Assembly (NCBI GenBank): GCA_964016885.1
Contig: OZ024743.1
Span: forward strand, 202,926,001-202,990,000
Length of the DNA stretch: 64,000 bases
DNA from: Eledone cirrhosa
Taxonomy: Eukaryota
Reading direction: 5' to 3'
The number at the start of each line of letters is the position of its first letter. Position 1 is the first letter of the stretch. A program made the translations under genes and the position numbers. The notes under the pieces are model-generated. The model did not search any database and had not been told where the DNA came from. It saw only the letters and a program-made list of their open reading frames with translations. This document shows, in pieces, positions 13,557 through 28,605 of this stretch.

Positions 13557-15036
13557 TTTATACCCCAACCTCACTTTAAAAAAATATTCTTACTTATTTA
13601 AAGATACTTTAAATATACTTCCGTGCTGTTTCCAGTTTGACTTTTTACACACGCACGCACACATACACACACACACACAAACACACATACACACATATAC
13701 ATACATATGTGTGTGTGTGCATTTATGCAGGTATACATGTATGTAATGTTTCTAATTCAGGCATTTTCTTTCCATCTTTTGTCCGTGTGCGTACGTGTGT
13801 GGTTGTGTATATGTGTGTTGCTTGTATTTGTTTGTGACTCTTTGTTACATCTCTTTAGTGTAGTGTCTATGCAATATATCAATTGGCAATTATACAAAAT
13901 ATCCCACCTACTAAATTAAACAGTTTATTTCGAAATAGTTTTGGAAATTGAAAATAAAATCATCAAGTCTCTAACGAAGCCATTAACCCAGTATTTAAAT
14001 CGGTTGCAATTAATAGGAAAGTTAGGTATATAACGACTTAGAAATAATTATTTTTTTCCTTTCACGTATTTTTTTTTTTTTTTATTCTGGATATGAATAT
14101 AATATTTTGAAAATACAGGAATGGCATTTGGCTTTTCAATGTTTCGCATCTAGTGAAAACAGCTGCCTTGCGTTTCCGGATTGAAATATTTCTTGTTCAG
14201 TCTCCTTCTCCTCTTCCTTTTAAATCTGAAACTTGGAAAGTATAAGGATTCCTGAGCCCACACAGTTTTCACAGCCAGCTATATATATAGTTGTGAATTC
14301 CCCGCCAAAGAACATCTCATGTAATGGAAGTACCGATCCAATAATGCAGACCTTGATATATAAACGTAAGAGATAATCTCGAGAGCATTTCTGTTTGAAC
14401 ATGGGCTCACTTGATCAGAGTTGATCTGGGATAAATCAACAGCAACATAGAGATGTGAATGAAGGAGTCTGAGTTTCTCTGTTTTCAATTGATCTGCTAG
14501 AAATAGCATTCAAATCATTCTTATGAGGTTATAAAAATAGAATACGTTGGACAAAGTAGTCTTTGGTATATTAAAGAATTTGCGGATCTCACTTGAAACA
14601 GCTTGGGATCATAATTCTCTTTTATCACAGCTGGTCTTAGACTAAGCAACAACGACATTAACAAGAAAAAAAACATCATGATCAAGTCAGGCAATGCATT
14701 TTCTCTGGTCCTGCTTGAAATATGTCTGCTAGACCTCAGCTGTACTGGGACGACCAACTCCAACAACAAAATGTTAGTTTCTCATAGCAAGAATCATATT
14801 TTGATTATTATCCTATTCATTAGGGCAATAGTTATTGGACGTCCAACAAAATTATTTGCGGTATTCAGTTATGGTTCTTTAAGTTCTAAGTTCAAAATCT
14901 GCGAAAATAAACTTAGCCTTTAATCCTTCTGTCTTCCATAAAAAAATATACTAATTAAAAGATAGAGTTGTTGTAATCGAATATCCTCTCCGCTCAAATT
15001 TATTGGCTATATGCTTAACTTATCGATATTATTTAT

Positions 15037-15213
15037 GGATTGGCAGTATCGGTAGAGGGTCGGACGACATGCTTTCCAGCATAGTTACGTCCCTTTACGA
15101 TCTGAGTTCAAATCCCGCCGAGGTTAACTTTGCCTTTCATCCTTACGGGGTCGATAAAATAAAGTACCTGTAATGCAGTGGGTAATTGCCAGCCTTGTGC
15201 CTAAAGTAGAAAC
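15037..15213 (+). mobile_element. tRNA-derived Nin/Deu-core SINE
   Basis: Near-identical to the other copies; TSD attatttatg (15028-15037, 15215-15224). Confidence 0.9.
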
Positions 15214-16974
15214 AATTATTTATGATTGCAGAAATACGCTGAGTGTCCTTATATTAAAAATAACATTAAATTAGTACATATTTGAAATAGCAGAATAATG
15301 TTGAATGTATTGACAGACAATGCTTGAAGCATATTTACATACGCTATCATGTTTTTAAATAAATAACTAAATGGACTTGTTTATTGATCTAATTAATATG
15401 TTTATTTCGGCACTCATATCGTTATTCTGTACTTTCACTGCACAGTTGAACACACATATGTACATCTTGGTTATGTGCACTATTTTTTATTTGTGTTTTC
15501 TATTCTATTCAAAATGTTCTACATAATATATAATACGTGCACAGTGTTTAATACTTCTACACACTACATGCTATGCATAAGCAAGTCTCTTTTATTCTGT
15601 TTGTTGTGAATTGAAATTTATAACATCTTCATTATTCCCAATACGACTATAAATATAGGAATTATCCCTGTTTTCAATCTTTACACGTTTGTTATCTATA
15701 TTACCAGATATTTACATTTGAACGAATTATCTATTTTCTTTAGGCATAAATTAATATCTGTTTGGACTGACACTTCGTGAAATTCATATTTATTTCTTTA
15801 ATAATGGTAATTACCTTGGCTATATACTCAATGCGCTAGTTAGGTGTTGTTTGCAATTTTTGATAATAATTTATGTGAACTTCTTAAATTTGCCAAGCAG
15901 AAATTTGGGATTTTATTATTTTCCAGTAGTAATACTTGTAGCGGTTGCGTTACTTTCTGGGTTGATACGCCGTGTAATGATTCTTCATATAATGAAACTT
16001 GTTTTGAACAATAGAATATCTGGTACTCTTTCACAGTCAGTATATTTATACACAAAATTCCCTTACTTCTCTGCTTTTCGGTGCAGCATTGATTTCTAAA
16101 ACGTTTCACCTATTTTTTCAGAAAGTCGAGCTGATTGTATTGTTTTTAAAGAACTATCACTTTTTATTATAAAAACGATCTTGAGATTTAGCAAGTTACT
16201 CTAATTTCAAGCATTCTTTGATTTGATACAATGTTTTGTTATATTTATATGCTACTTTACCCTCCGTTCTTTTCTAACTGTCTATTATTGATTTCATTAA
16301 GTTTTGCGATATTCGTTATTCTTTTTATTTCTATATATTTGCTTCGCCACGTTTTCCTTGGTCTTGATTTTCCTATTTAAGTAAATCTGAGGGAATATAC
16401 ATTTTCCTCGGCAACTAATGTGTCTACTGCATATATTATTACGGTTATCCATGTAATATTGATTTATTGTCTCCTTTCATTATCTCTGATGATCTCTTAT
16501 TGCTATTGCTTGTAGCCTTATATAAGGAATACGTAGTAATCTACAATTAGCCATCTGTTGTAAACACACTGATACAGCGCAAATATAATCCCAACCCGAA
16601 AGATTAAAGATTAAGGACAACACATAAGGAAAAATAACAATATATCGAAATAAAAGATATATAATTCCATACAGGCACCCCAACCCCAGCCCCCAAAATA
16701 GTTAGAAGATTGAAACCAACCATAAATGTACGAACATTGATATAGAAAAACTCTGCGTCTATAGAAATATGTGACCTGAAATACCATGAAAGTCTTAATA
16801 TAAGGTATATATTTAAAGAGAGGGGGGGGAGAGAGGGATAGAGAGAGAGAGGGGGAGAGAGAGAGAGAGAGGGGGGGGTGATAGGGTGATCCTATTCTTA
16901 GAATGAATGATGTATATACACACAGAAACACATATGCACTCGCATATATATATATACATATATACATATATTAC

Positions 16975-17135
16975 TTTGATCACCTTGACCGACCCGTCAG
17001 TCGGGCGCCAATCGGCACCGCTGGTTATAGCACATCGTGTTGTTTTAGCCATAAGATAACGCCATCCCACTGGCTGGGCGGGCAGGCCGGTACTCATTTC
17101 TACAGCTGAGTAAACTGGAGCAACGTAAAATAAAG

Positions 17136-17136
<1 letters not shown>
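16975..17136 (-). mobile_element. SINE fragment (second family)
   Basis: Minus strand actttattttacgttgctccagtttactcagctgtagaaatgagtacc, shared in part with 11490-11795. Confidence 0.55.
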
Positions 17137-17189
<53 letters not shown>

Positions 17190-17191
<2 letters not shown>

Positions 17192-18255
17192 TGAAGTAAA
17201 GGTTATGTGGAAATATCCGAGAGTAAGAGCACTCAGTCCATAGGAAGTGTTTAGTATAAATAATTACAACAGTGATATAAACAGGGACTCAAGTTTCGTT
17301 GGCCTCTGGGCCCCAATATCTTCAGCCTGTCATGAGAAAAATAAAAAACAAAGATAGCCGTCTATAGTTGGTTGTGCTTTCCCTATGGAGATATAACAAA
17401 TAACAAAAGAGTTCATGCAGGGGTAGGTAATTTAGAAAAAGTATAGAAAAAAGGGGTTATATTTTAAAATCAGGGTAGATTATAGGGGCGGTAATTCTTG
17501 AGAGACCACAGTCAATTCAAAATGGAAATAGAAGCCCATTAATTTCTTCTAGTTGACTCCAGGATCATATTTCACTGAAATACAATATATCAGTAACTCT
17601 AAAGATACTTCTGGGCGTGTTAGTCAGGCCTAAGCCATTTATCTTAAATATATTCTTCACATGGGGACAACCACCAAAGCAATCTAGTCGTGTGTTGGGG
17701 CAGTGCTTATCCGAAGCTAATTGTGAGAGTATCCACCATTTATCGGAATTACAAAGCCGACAACATTTCGACCCATTTACGTAGGCGGTAGATCTTTCCA
17801 AAATACGCCATTTGATGGAAAAAGGCGTGCCATTTTTCTTAAGGTTCCATACGTGGTTTGTGAGCTGGGTGGTTTGTTTTTTATCAGGATATCTGATGTT
17901 GTTTCGTGATTCCGGAACCGGTTTTAAAACCAGCTCTCCGACATACCAACATAGGTCCAGGCTTTAGTTTGATCCTGGTTGGTGGAGGTAAGCTCTGATT
18001 GGTATATCACTGCCGGAGTGTTGCACTGTTGGTCTAGTGGACATGTATCAGGTCTTCTATATGAGCATCCATACGGTGGAAGGCTTTTATGTTTGCCGGT
18101 GATATAGGTTTTTACATTGTTGGTGCAAGAATATCCTATTTTTACTGTATGGCGATTAAATATCTTTCGGTATTTATGGCCAACAGAAGATCTATGAGGT
18201 CTAACAATTGTTTGCCTACATTTGTCTTCACATTGAGTGATAAAGGTGGTGCGAA
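17190..18255 (-). mobile_element. 5'-truncated Penelope-like element (Naiad-like): GIY-YIG endonuclease remnant plus 3' end with HHR
   Basis: KIFNRHTVKIGYSC...CPLDQQC...VIYQ...YVGMSE...CRLC...GGCPH, with stop and frameshift; HHR at 17281-17330; ends in (TA)n. Confidence 0.88.
17281..17330 (-). ncRNA. Type I hammerhead ribozyme in PLE 3' end
   Basis: ACAGG-CUGAAGA-UAUUGGGGCCCAGAGGCCAAC-GAAA-CUUGAG-UC^CCUGU; perfect 5-bp stem I. Confidence 0.85.
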
Positions 18256-18773
18256 CACACATACACTCCCTACCACACATATAAATATATATGTGTGTGT
18301 GTGTTTCTGAGTTTATGTGTAGATTCGCGGGTGAATATGTATTAGAATATATAAAGTTGAGAAATTTTTATTATAGAGCGCATTGCAAAAATTCTTTGTA
18401 ATAACATTAAATAAATACTTTTTATTATTAGTTCAGAACAATTTTATCATCACATATGAATGTCACCCAACCCACAACATTTGTGATTATATGTTTAAAA
18501 CACATTTCGTTATAAAACACCTCATCTGTCGCTTGTTTCAATCTACTGATGGCGTTTGTATGCGTTTCTACGAACAACGCGTTCTTCCACATACAGTCAT
18601 CTTCCCACATTCCATATCACAACCATGCAACTATAGTCATAACACTGCAAAAGCGATATTGTTTACATGATGAAACATATCCAATTTATTTACGTAGTCC
18701 GTCCTGCATATGTTTTGCACATCGGATGACAGTTTACCGCCTATGTATGTATATATATCTATCTATCTATATA

Positions 18774-18883
<110 letters not shown>

Positions 18884-18965
18884 ATAAATGAAACAAAACT
18901 AAACAGAGGAAGCAAAATTACATAGTTGTATTATATAAACACACACAAACATATATATATATATA

Positions 18966-19035
<70 letters not shown>

Positions 19036-19334
19036 ATAAGCCCCAACGCCAACTGCAATCATTATGATCCATGGCTATAAATAATAACTAAGAACATCAT
19101 GTAAATTATCCTTAGATACTGTCCAACTTTTCCGGCTCCAGAGGTAAATTAAACGATTTTCTGAAATAATATTTATAATGATTGATTATGTTCATGGTTG
19201 TTTGCGTTGGGGTGCAAACATTTCAAATTTCAAATATTCCCTCTGCTTTTTAAATCAACTGCTTTGTTTACACACAGATCCAAAAACGCATGTACACATA
19301 TCCATACACTCAAACAGACAGACACACACACACT

Positions 19335-19934
<600 letters not shown>

Positions 19935-19974
19935 TAACAACAAAGAGCGCTTAGAACATAGGTATATCTTTAAT

Positions 19975-20020
19975 TGCTAACAGTGTTTCGTCCACACTAG
20001 AAGTGGGACTCTTCAGAGCA
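19975..20020 (-). ncRNA. Type I hammerhead ribozyme in a ~150-bp insert between (TA)n tracts
   Basis: UGCU-CUGAAGA-GUCC CAC UUCUA GUG U GGAC-GAAA-CACUG-UU^AGCA. Confidence 0.8.
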
Positions 20021-20079
20021 TAAAGAGTAAATACATAGTATACAAGCATTGACAAAGCCAAAACAGAAGAATATATGTG

Positions 20080-20153
<74 letters not shown>

Positions 20154-20317
20154 TATATATATATATTTATATATATATATATATATATAATTATATATAT
20201 ATATATATATATATACGTAGGTCCCCGGTTGAGTCGGGGATAACCACAGTAAGTAAGGTACTCAATACATGGCAGAGTAAAATTTTTTTATTTTATAGAA
20301 GGAGCTACTTTATAGAA

Positions 20318-20370
20318 GGGCTTCCTGAAGATTTCATCTGAATGAAACAGTACTAGTCCTGTAGAAGCTC
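20318..20370 (+). ncRNA. Type I hammerhead ribozyme in a ~90-bp fold-back insert (20291-20381)
   Basis: GGGCUUC-CUGAAGA-UUUCAUCUGAAU-GAAA-CAG UACUAGUC CUG-UA^GAAGCUC; loop III contains palindrome ACUAGU; 16-bp inverted ends. Confidence 0.78.
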
Positions 20371-20380
20371 CTTCTATAAA

Positions 20381-20478
<98 letters not shown>

Positions 20479-21595
20479 CACATCGATATAACAGTATCTA
20501 CTCACACAACACATAAAGAACTAATAAAAGGAAAAATGTATAGTAAAATCACAATACATTGGAATCGATGAATAGACGGGAAGTATATGAAACGAGGCCA
20601 TCTAAATCGCTCCCAGCTGATCGATAAATTCTTATATTACTACCGTACGTCTTCATTAACTGTCCGTCAAAATTCTAAGAATTTAGACCCTCTGTAAAGC
20701 GTTATTGTTTAACAGGAAACTCATTTTATTCGCCCCAGACATACGACGGCTTCTATCTGAAAAATCTCCAATATTACGTATCAAATATAGTCGATACAAT
20801 AGACGACATTATTTTAATTGCTTTACAATTTCTCTCTACTATTACAGCATATTTTCTCCTCATAACTCACCAGCTGAATTCCACCTCCAGTAAAGCTCAA
20901 ATGATATCTTTCCATCTCATTAGATAAATCTAATGAGCCCTCGATTAATTATCAAGTAACAGAAGCACAGGTTTAACGCCACCAAGTAAAAATGACTTCG
21001 AAATAATCAAATTGTTTTCATTTTGTGGGAGACATTATAAACATTAGTTTCAAACATCTTACGGCTTCAACAAAATGTTATTCCACCAATGAGACCGCTT
21101 TATTATTAAGGCATGTACCCATTGGTTAATATACTCCGATGTAAAATCCCAGGTCGATTATAAAGGATTCATACACCACCATATTTCAAATCATATACTC
21201 AACAGACAGGCTTTCTAATCAACACCTTTCCATACACAACAACAGCGATTGATTCGCTGTGATAGCTAGTGGCATACATCTTCAATTCTACATTGCACAA
21301 TCCAACAGCTACTGTCTAGCCTCATCACATACTTTCTACCGCCAAGACACAGCTAATACTATGGCCAATCCTTACAAAAACGTAAATGTAATGAGATGAT
21401 CTCAGATGATTTCAGTTAAATCTTCGACGCATTCTAAGATGATAATTGGATTGGCGTCAGATATAAACGAAATTGAGGCTATATTCACGCATATATCATA
21501 CACATATTTAGAATACAGCGGTGGGAAATACACTGCAAATATGGTAGGGTAGAAAAAGAAACGATATAGCTATCTGCATCACCTGAAATGTGTAC

Positions 21596-21671
<76 letters not shown>

Positions 21672-21775
21672 GTACCATAAATGTGTATATACATTTGTAT
21701 CTAAAATTTCTGATATACAAAAAAGGTTAGTGACAAATAGTATGTATTAGGAATTACACACACATATATAAACAT

Positions 21776-21809
<34 letters not shown>

Positions 21810-21869
21810 GAATACATATATATATATACACACGCACACACATATATATATACACACACATATATATAT

Positions 21870-21921
<52 letters not shown>

Positions 21922-22032
21922 GCACTCACATATATATATATATACACACACATATATATATATATATGTATATAAAGAAAAAAGATGGAATCGAAAATGC
22001 AACCGGCGTCTTTAAAAAATATTTATTTCGTT

Positions 22033-22070
22033 CCTTTACCGGTTTCGCAGTTCTCGTGCTTTTCAAAATT
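22033..22070 (-). ncRNA. Hammerhead, U3-A8 family of 7771-7808, stem I degraded
   Basis: AAUU-UUGAAAA-GCAC GAGAA CUGC-GAAA-CCGG-UA^AAGG within element ~21971-22105 flanked by (TA)n. Confidence 0.68.
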
Positions 22071-22351
22071 AGAATTGAGATGGAGGGTTTTGTTTTTCTC
22101 GCATCATATATATATATATATATATATATATTCTCCCACGCACTCTTAATTGAATACCATTTACCCATTAAAAACCTCGTTCTAACAAGTGTTGCCTAAC
22201 AACTTTTTCAGTTCATTTGATTTCACAAACATCTCACACAAAAAAACTTCACTATAGAATCCTTGCTTGTTTTTAATACTTTTTACAGGATAAGTAACAA
22301 ATGAAAATATTTTCCAGTTACCCACTGTATATACAAGCATGCACACATATA

Positions 22352-22462
<111 letters not shown>

Positions 22463-22468
22463 ATATAC

Positions 22469-22511
<43 letters not shown>

Positions 22512-22528
22512 ATATATATATTATTTAC

Positions 22529-22562
<34 letters not shown>

Positions 22563-22567
22563 ATATA

Positions 22568-22589
22568 TAGCTAGATAGGTAGATAGATG

Positions 22590-22669
<80 letters not shown>

Positions 22670-22695
22670 CATAGATAGAGAGATAGATAGATAGA
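22568..22695. repeat. (TAGA)n microsatellite
   Basis: Direct inspection. Confidence 0.95.
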
Positions 22696-22968
22696 GACAC
22701 CGAGAGAGAGGGGAAGCAAGTTAGATAGATATACCAAGCATTCGAACATTCATATAATCATTACGTTTAAGCACAATTAAGTGGAGACGGGATATTTTTT
22801 TAGGTCGCAAAAGAATTCTTTTCTAGATTTCTATATAATTATATAAAGACAATACGAAGGAACAAGTATGCTGTGTTAAAAGTTGTATAAACATCATATT
22901 TTTTGCATAATACCGAGAGGTCTTATTTACATTGCTTATTAATAGTCAACTCAGATAGTATTTTCATG

Positions 22969-23016
<48 letters not shown>

Positions 23017-23065
23017 TGTGAGCATACGGTGGTGTGTACATATGCGGTCGTATATATGTATATAA

Positions 23066-23270
<205 letters not shown>

Positions 23271-23662
23271 AGTATATATATACACATATATATATGTATA
23301 TATATGCAACCGCATACATACACACCCGCGTATGCTCACAAGCGTATATACACACACACATGTAATATATGTATGTAAATGCGTTAAATGTTAGGTTTTT
23401 TGTGTGGTTCCTTGTTGTAACAGTAACTGAGTACCGTGATGTGTGGGTTGTGTAGTAAATGTCTGTTTGTCGGTTATTTTTATTATTTATCTAGATATGA
23501 TTATATAAGATAACATTTACACGCAAATACGCAAACCCCGCCACACACTGACATATATATATATATATATGTGTGTGTGCGTGTGTGTGTGTACGCGTGT
23601 GTGTGTGTGTATAAATATATATATATATGTATATATGTCGATATGTATATGTAAATATATAT

Positions 23663-23696
<34 letters not shown>

Positions 23697-24034
23697 ATGT
23701 ATATATATGTATATCTATTCACACACACACACACACCTATATACATGTGCGTGTGTGTGTGTGTGGATAGATATAGATCTATAGATGGAGATACATACAT
23801 ATATAATCTTATACTCCTATATATAGATAGATAAATAAATATATATTCTATTTAGTGTATATACTATTCCAGAAAGACATCATCATTAGATAATTTGCTC
23901 CCTGCGGCAATAAAAAAACATATACATCGTCAACATCATATTTTTTCTCATTGTTACCACATATATTCCCACTATTGTCACTTATATAGTATTAGACAAT
24001 TTTATTATAGGTTTTAATTTATTTGGCCTGATAT

Positions 24035-24036
<2 letters not shown>

Positions 24037-24079
<43 letters not shown>

Positions 24080-24081
24080 TT

Positions 24082-24128
<47 letters not shown>
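24037..24128. repeat. (TAG)n microsatellite
   Basis: Direct inspection. Confidence 0.95.
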
Positions 24129-24129
<1 letters not shown>

Positions 24130-24238
24130 AAGAGAGATGGAGGAAATAGGATATATACTTGTTCTGTTTGTTTAACGTTAAATATTTTCTTTATTCAGTA
24201 ATTGTCTATTGAAAATTTACTTATGGCTTCTCTTCTCA

Positions 24239-24350
24239 GGCGGTGGATTTAGCTAAGTCATTAGAGCTTCGGATAGTATGCTTTGTAATATGTGTTCTGA
24301 CTCTGTGTGCTCTGTGTTCGAATCCTCCCATAGTCAAATTTGCCTCTTTC
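24239..24350 (+). mobile_element. Degenerate SINE 5' part
   Basis: ggcggtggatttagctaagtc...gtgttcgaatcc...gtcaaatttgcct resembles the SINE tRNA-like head. Confidence 0.5.
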
Positions 24351-24792
24351 TCCCTCCCTCTCTCTCTAAGAGAGAGAATAATTGAATAGATGCGGATGAA
24401 GAAGTTGAAATCGACCGTGTTAGGATATAGAGAGAAGACGGGGACCGCTGAGTTTTGATACCCAAGGAGCACTGTATTTCATTATGGCACCCCTGCTCCT
24501 CAATAGGGAATTAAGAGCCCATTAATGGCTTCTATTTTTTAAGATTTACACATTTGTTAACCACGGCAAATTGTTACTGTATAGTTATATATAATTTGAT
24601 GTTAGATTAGAATGTTGCCTATAATACGATTGGTGAAATCATATCAGAATTACACTCATTTTTTTAACCTGGAGGTTGTCGTTACATACATCTACTGATA
24701 TATATAATTGGTTTCGTGGTCTCGTTTTCAATCCTCGTTTTCAATTCTAACTTGCATTGTACAGGGTATTCTAAAACAAACCATATCCAAGC

Positions 24793-24864
24793 TTCTTCTT
24801 CTTCTTCTTCTTCTTCTTCTTCTTCTTCTTCTTCTTCTTCTTCTTCTTCTTCTTCTTCTTCTTC
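24793..24864. repeat. (TTC)n microsatellite
   Basis: Direct inspection. Confidence 0.95.
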
Positions 24865-25538
24865 TCCCACATATTGCTGAAACGGTCTTAGGGCCTAAGT
24901 CTGCAAGCCCACCTTCAAATGGGGTTTAACAGAAACAATTCTCTCCAATTGACTCGCCTGAATCCCCAACCGAAATCAACTGAGCTCATGCGTTTCATCC
25001 AACTGCTATGCTTGTGGTTTATCCAGTGATAGAATATCATCCCGAATACAAGCGGCCGAAATGGGGTTCCTCTGAAGAGGCTTTCGAGCAACGTTACTCG
25101 ATAGTGAGCGTATTTCAAAGATCAGGCAGTAGCTTCAGGTAGAGCCGCTACTTTTTGGACCTGAGAGACCATAAATTCGAAGTTTCGATACTATGGACAT
25201 GTGGTCAGAATGCCTAATGAAAGAATCGATGGACAGATTAATATATATTTCAAACTATAAAATTAATCACACACACACACACTTCTCCACATCCAAGAAA
25301 CACCCTTCTTTTTAATATAACCACATGACTTCCAATTAAAGACAATAATAATCTTTTCTAACTGTCATTCATAAGAAGATATCAAATACTATTTAGAATT
25401 TCTAAATTCCACATCAGTCGCAATTATGACCGACCCTTAGTTGAAGCTTGTATTGAAAATAATTGTAACTTATTAATATAAAATAAATATAAAATTATAT
25501 ATATATTACATCCATATGTATATTTGTAATATATATAC

Positions 25539-25587
<49 letters not shown>

Positions 25588-25604
25588 CCATATGTATATT
25601 TGTA

Positions 25605-25689
<85 letters not shown>

Positions 25690-25699
25690 AACCAGTAAG

Positions 25700-25793
25700 A
25701 CCCCGACGGCTGAGCTCAAGCGGTTTCGACGGCTAATTCTGGACTAAATGAAAATTTATCCTGGTATTTAAATAGCCGAGCTTCTCAAGGGGT
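25700..25793 (-). ncRNA. Hammerhead (U3-A8 variant) in the inverted pseudo-LTR
   Basis: ACCCC-UUGAGAA-G..CGGCUA...UAGCCG.C-GAAA-CCGCU UGAGCUC AGCCG-UC^GGGGU; one mismatch in stem III. Confidence 0.75.
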
Positions 25794-25891
25794 AATTCCA
25801 TATATGGTCAAAGTGATTGTCACAAGGATTGGTCACAAGTTAGTAGTAATTCTGTGATGGCAAATTAGTGGGGGAAGGGCTAGCTAAACCT

Positions 25892-27128
25892 CCCAGTGGA
25901 TAAAAAGAGCTCCCGACTCACCCTTCGACGTCAGCATGGGCGCTACGGATTCGGCGGAGGTCACAGATCTTATAGGATTATTCCTAATAGCCAAACTCAC
26001 TGATATGTTTCCTGCATTCGGTGGTGGATTGTACCATGATGATGGGCTCCTTACCCTTAAAGGGTACAACCCCAGTAGTACAGATCGAGTCCGGAAACAA
26101 TTAAACAGCTTCTTCCGCGACTGGGGATTTAAAATAACCCTACAAACGTCCCTGACCCGAGTAAACTTCCTGGACGTTACCCTCGACCTCAAAAACGACC
26201 TGTACTACCCATACAGGAAACCTAATGACAACCTGCACTACACCCACCGCCGTTCAAACCATCCTAGGAACATCACCAATAACCTGATCAAAAACATCTC
26301 CCTCCGCATATCCCCTTTGTCAGCTAATGAGCAGATATTCGATGAACATGCGCCTTATTACAACCAGGCCCTCAAGCGGAGTGGTTTCCGGGAGGAAATA
26401 TCCTAATGTCCAGCTCCCATTAGCGGAACCAGCAGGCGACACCGCCGCTCACGCAATGTAACATTGTTCAATCCTCCCCACAACGCAGAGGTGACAACTC
26501 CCATCGGGAAAATATTCTTTAGGCTCATTGAAAAACACTTCCCACTACAACACCGCTACCACAACATAATTAACAAAAATACCATCAAACTCTCTTACAG
26601 CACTACACCAAACTTCGCACAAAACATCGTCTCCTCCAACAACAAAAAACTCAACCCCGATGGAAGAAATAACCTAAATAGCAGTGGAGAGCCGACCAGG
26701 AGGTGCAACTGTCCTGATAGATCCATTTTCCCCCTCGACAACAGATGCAGAGACCGTAATGTGATCTACCAGTGCAACGTGAGGATGGACACCTCCAACA
26801 AAGCATATATAGGATTAACCGCATGTGACTTCAAGACCCGGCTATACCAACATAGACATACCTCCGAAACCCGGCCCGGCGTCACGCCACTACACTTTCG
26901 GGCCACATATGGGACCTCAAGGACAACAACATCACCTATGATCTCACTTGGAGATTACTGTCCAGAGCCAACTCTTACACGGGAGGACGCCGTCCGTGCA
27001 ATTTATGCTCGGAGGAAACTTTACAAATGCTGTTTTCAACGGACCAACTCCTAAACAAGAAAGATGAACTGGTTACTGCATGTAAACACAGATTGCGTAG
27101 GACTTACCTCGCCCTCAAACCCCATAAT
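25892..27128 (+). pseudogene. PLE reverse transcriptase C-terminal part plus GIY-YIG endonuclease, disrupted by a stop (26404-26406) and a frameshift (~26870)
   Basis: ORFs 25936-26406 and 26464-27054; the other frame continues CNLC...LLNKKDEL..CKH. Confidence 0.9.
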
Positions 27129-28234
27129 AACCCGGGGGGTAGACTAGGGCTATAACACCCCACTTGCCGATTTTGTAATGGGTAAGCCCTGCGTGTAAAA
27201 AACAGAGGATGTAATAAAATAACAAAGAAAAATTCCCCAATAGGGGGGGGGACTTCCGAGGGACATTTGTGGAGAAAGCCCATTAAAAGACCGCAGTGAC
27301 CCTGACCACCAGGGCAAGTGCCCTCTCCCAGTTTTCCACCTTTAATTTGCAGACACATACTCAGAGAAGGCCCATTCATTCGGGCCATACTTGCTTCTCT
27401 CACCCATCTTTCAACAAAATGCTGGGAAGAGAGCACTTCCCTCTCTACCCTGATTTTCCTTTTCAAATGAAATTTGAAAAAGTTAATCAGGGCATCGCCG
27501 AAGAGGTAAGTGCTCGTCTTCAGCCCTTTCAAACGTGTCCACCATACTATCTATCCAAGGGAGACGTAAGATCTTCTTTTATATTCTTTTATCGCTTCCT
27601 CTATATTTCCTTCTTTCCCCATCCCTCCCTAGTCCTTCTACCCCAGTTCTTTTTCTTTGTCGGCGTTTTTTTCAGTACCCCCACCCCATCCCCTAGTCTT
27701 TGTTAGATTTGGCGGACTCCGCTTTCTATAGCAGTTGTGTTAGACCTCGGATACTTGCCCCCTTATCCGACCGCTCCCCCTTTTGTCCGTGCCTTCTATA
27801 TTTCTTAGTGGCATCTCTGCTTTATTTCTCGTTTATTCAGTTGTTCTTTCTTCTCTTTTCTTTTGGGCGTGGTGGATTCTGAATTAATTTTCCGTATTCT
27901 ACTTTTACTTTGTACTAATTTTCATGTAGCTTGTATAAGAACTTTTGTAGCGTGGCGGTACCCTTAGAGTTAGCATTAGTATATTTTTTTCGGGACTCTG
28001 ATTTATTATTTCGTACTAGTTTACTTTTCTGCACTGGGTGGTTGCTGGCTTTGTGCCCGGGGTAGAAACCTTTATTAATTATTTCGTGGTAGTTTCTTTA
28101 GTATTTTGGCCCCCTTTTGTTGACCCGTCACTGTATGATATACGTACTTTTACCTCTTAAAAGGGTCCTTTCCTATTCCGTCCCACCTAGTTTATTTATT
28201 TATTATTTTTTTATTTCTTTATCTATTTATTCAT

Positions 28235-28265
<31 letters not shown>

Positions 28266-28605
28266 GCCTAGCAATAGCGAGAGACTTAGGTCGTAGAAAT
28301 TGCTTATTTTTTATTTTTTTTTTTTTACATTTATTCGCTTCACTCTCAGTATATTTTTACCCTTCATTGTTCTACTTACCGTTTCGACTTCCTCCCCCTC
28401 CCCCTCCCCCTCCCTAGTATCTTCTTTCACCTCACGCCCAGCTGTAGCCGGCACCACCAACGCATGAATGGGTCTACTCCACCTCCTCCCCTTTTTCTAC
28501 TACTTGCAGGTTTAGCTACCCCTTCCCCCACTAATTTGCCATCACAGAATTACTACTAACTTGTGACCAATCCTTGTGACAATCACTTTGACCATATATG
28601 GAATT

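Noticed and set aside
14220-14923. Cluster of short ORFs in more complex sequence, possible exon or transposase relic
   Set aside because: No recognisable motif in any frame I translated; a tBLASTx/HMM search is needed.
24865-25240. Possible RTE-type LINE 3' relic next to (TTC)n (GHVVRMPNERI motif)
   Set aside because: A single short motif with inconsistent orientation; insufficient support.
25892-27128. Selenocysteine recoding, reported for some Naiad PLEs
   Set aside because: No in-frame TGA at Cys positions in the visible part; the observed stop is TAA.
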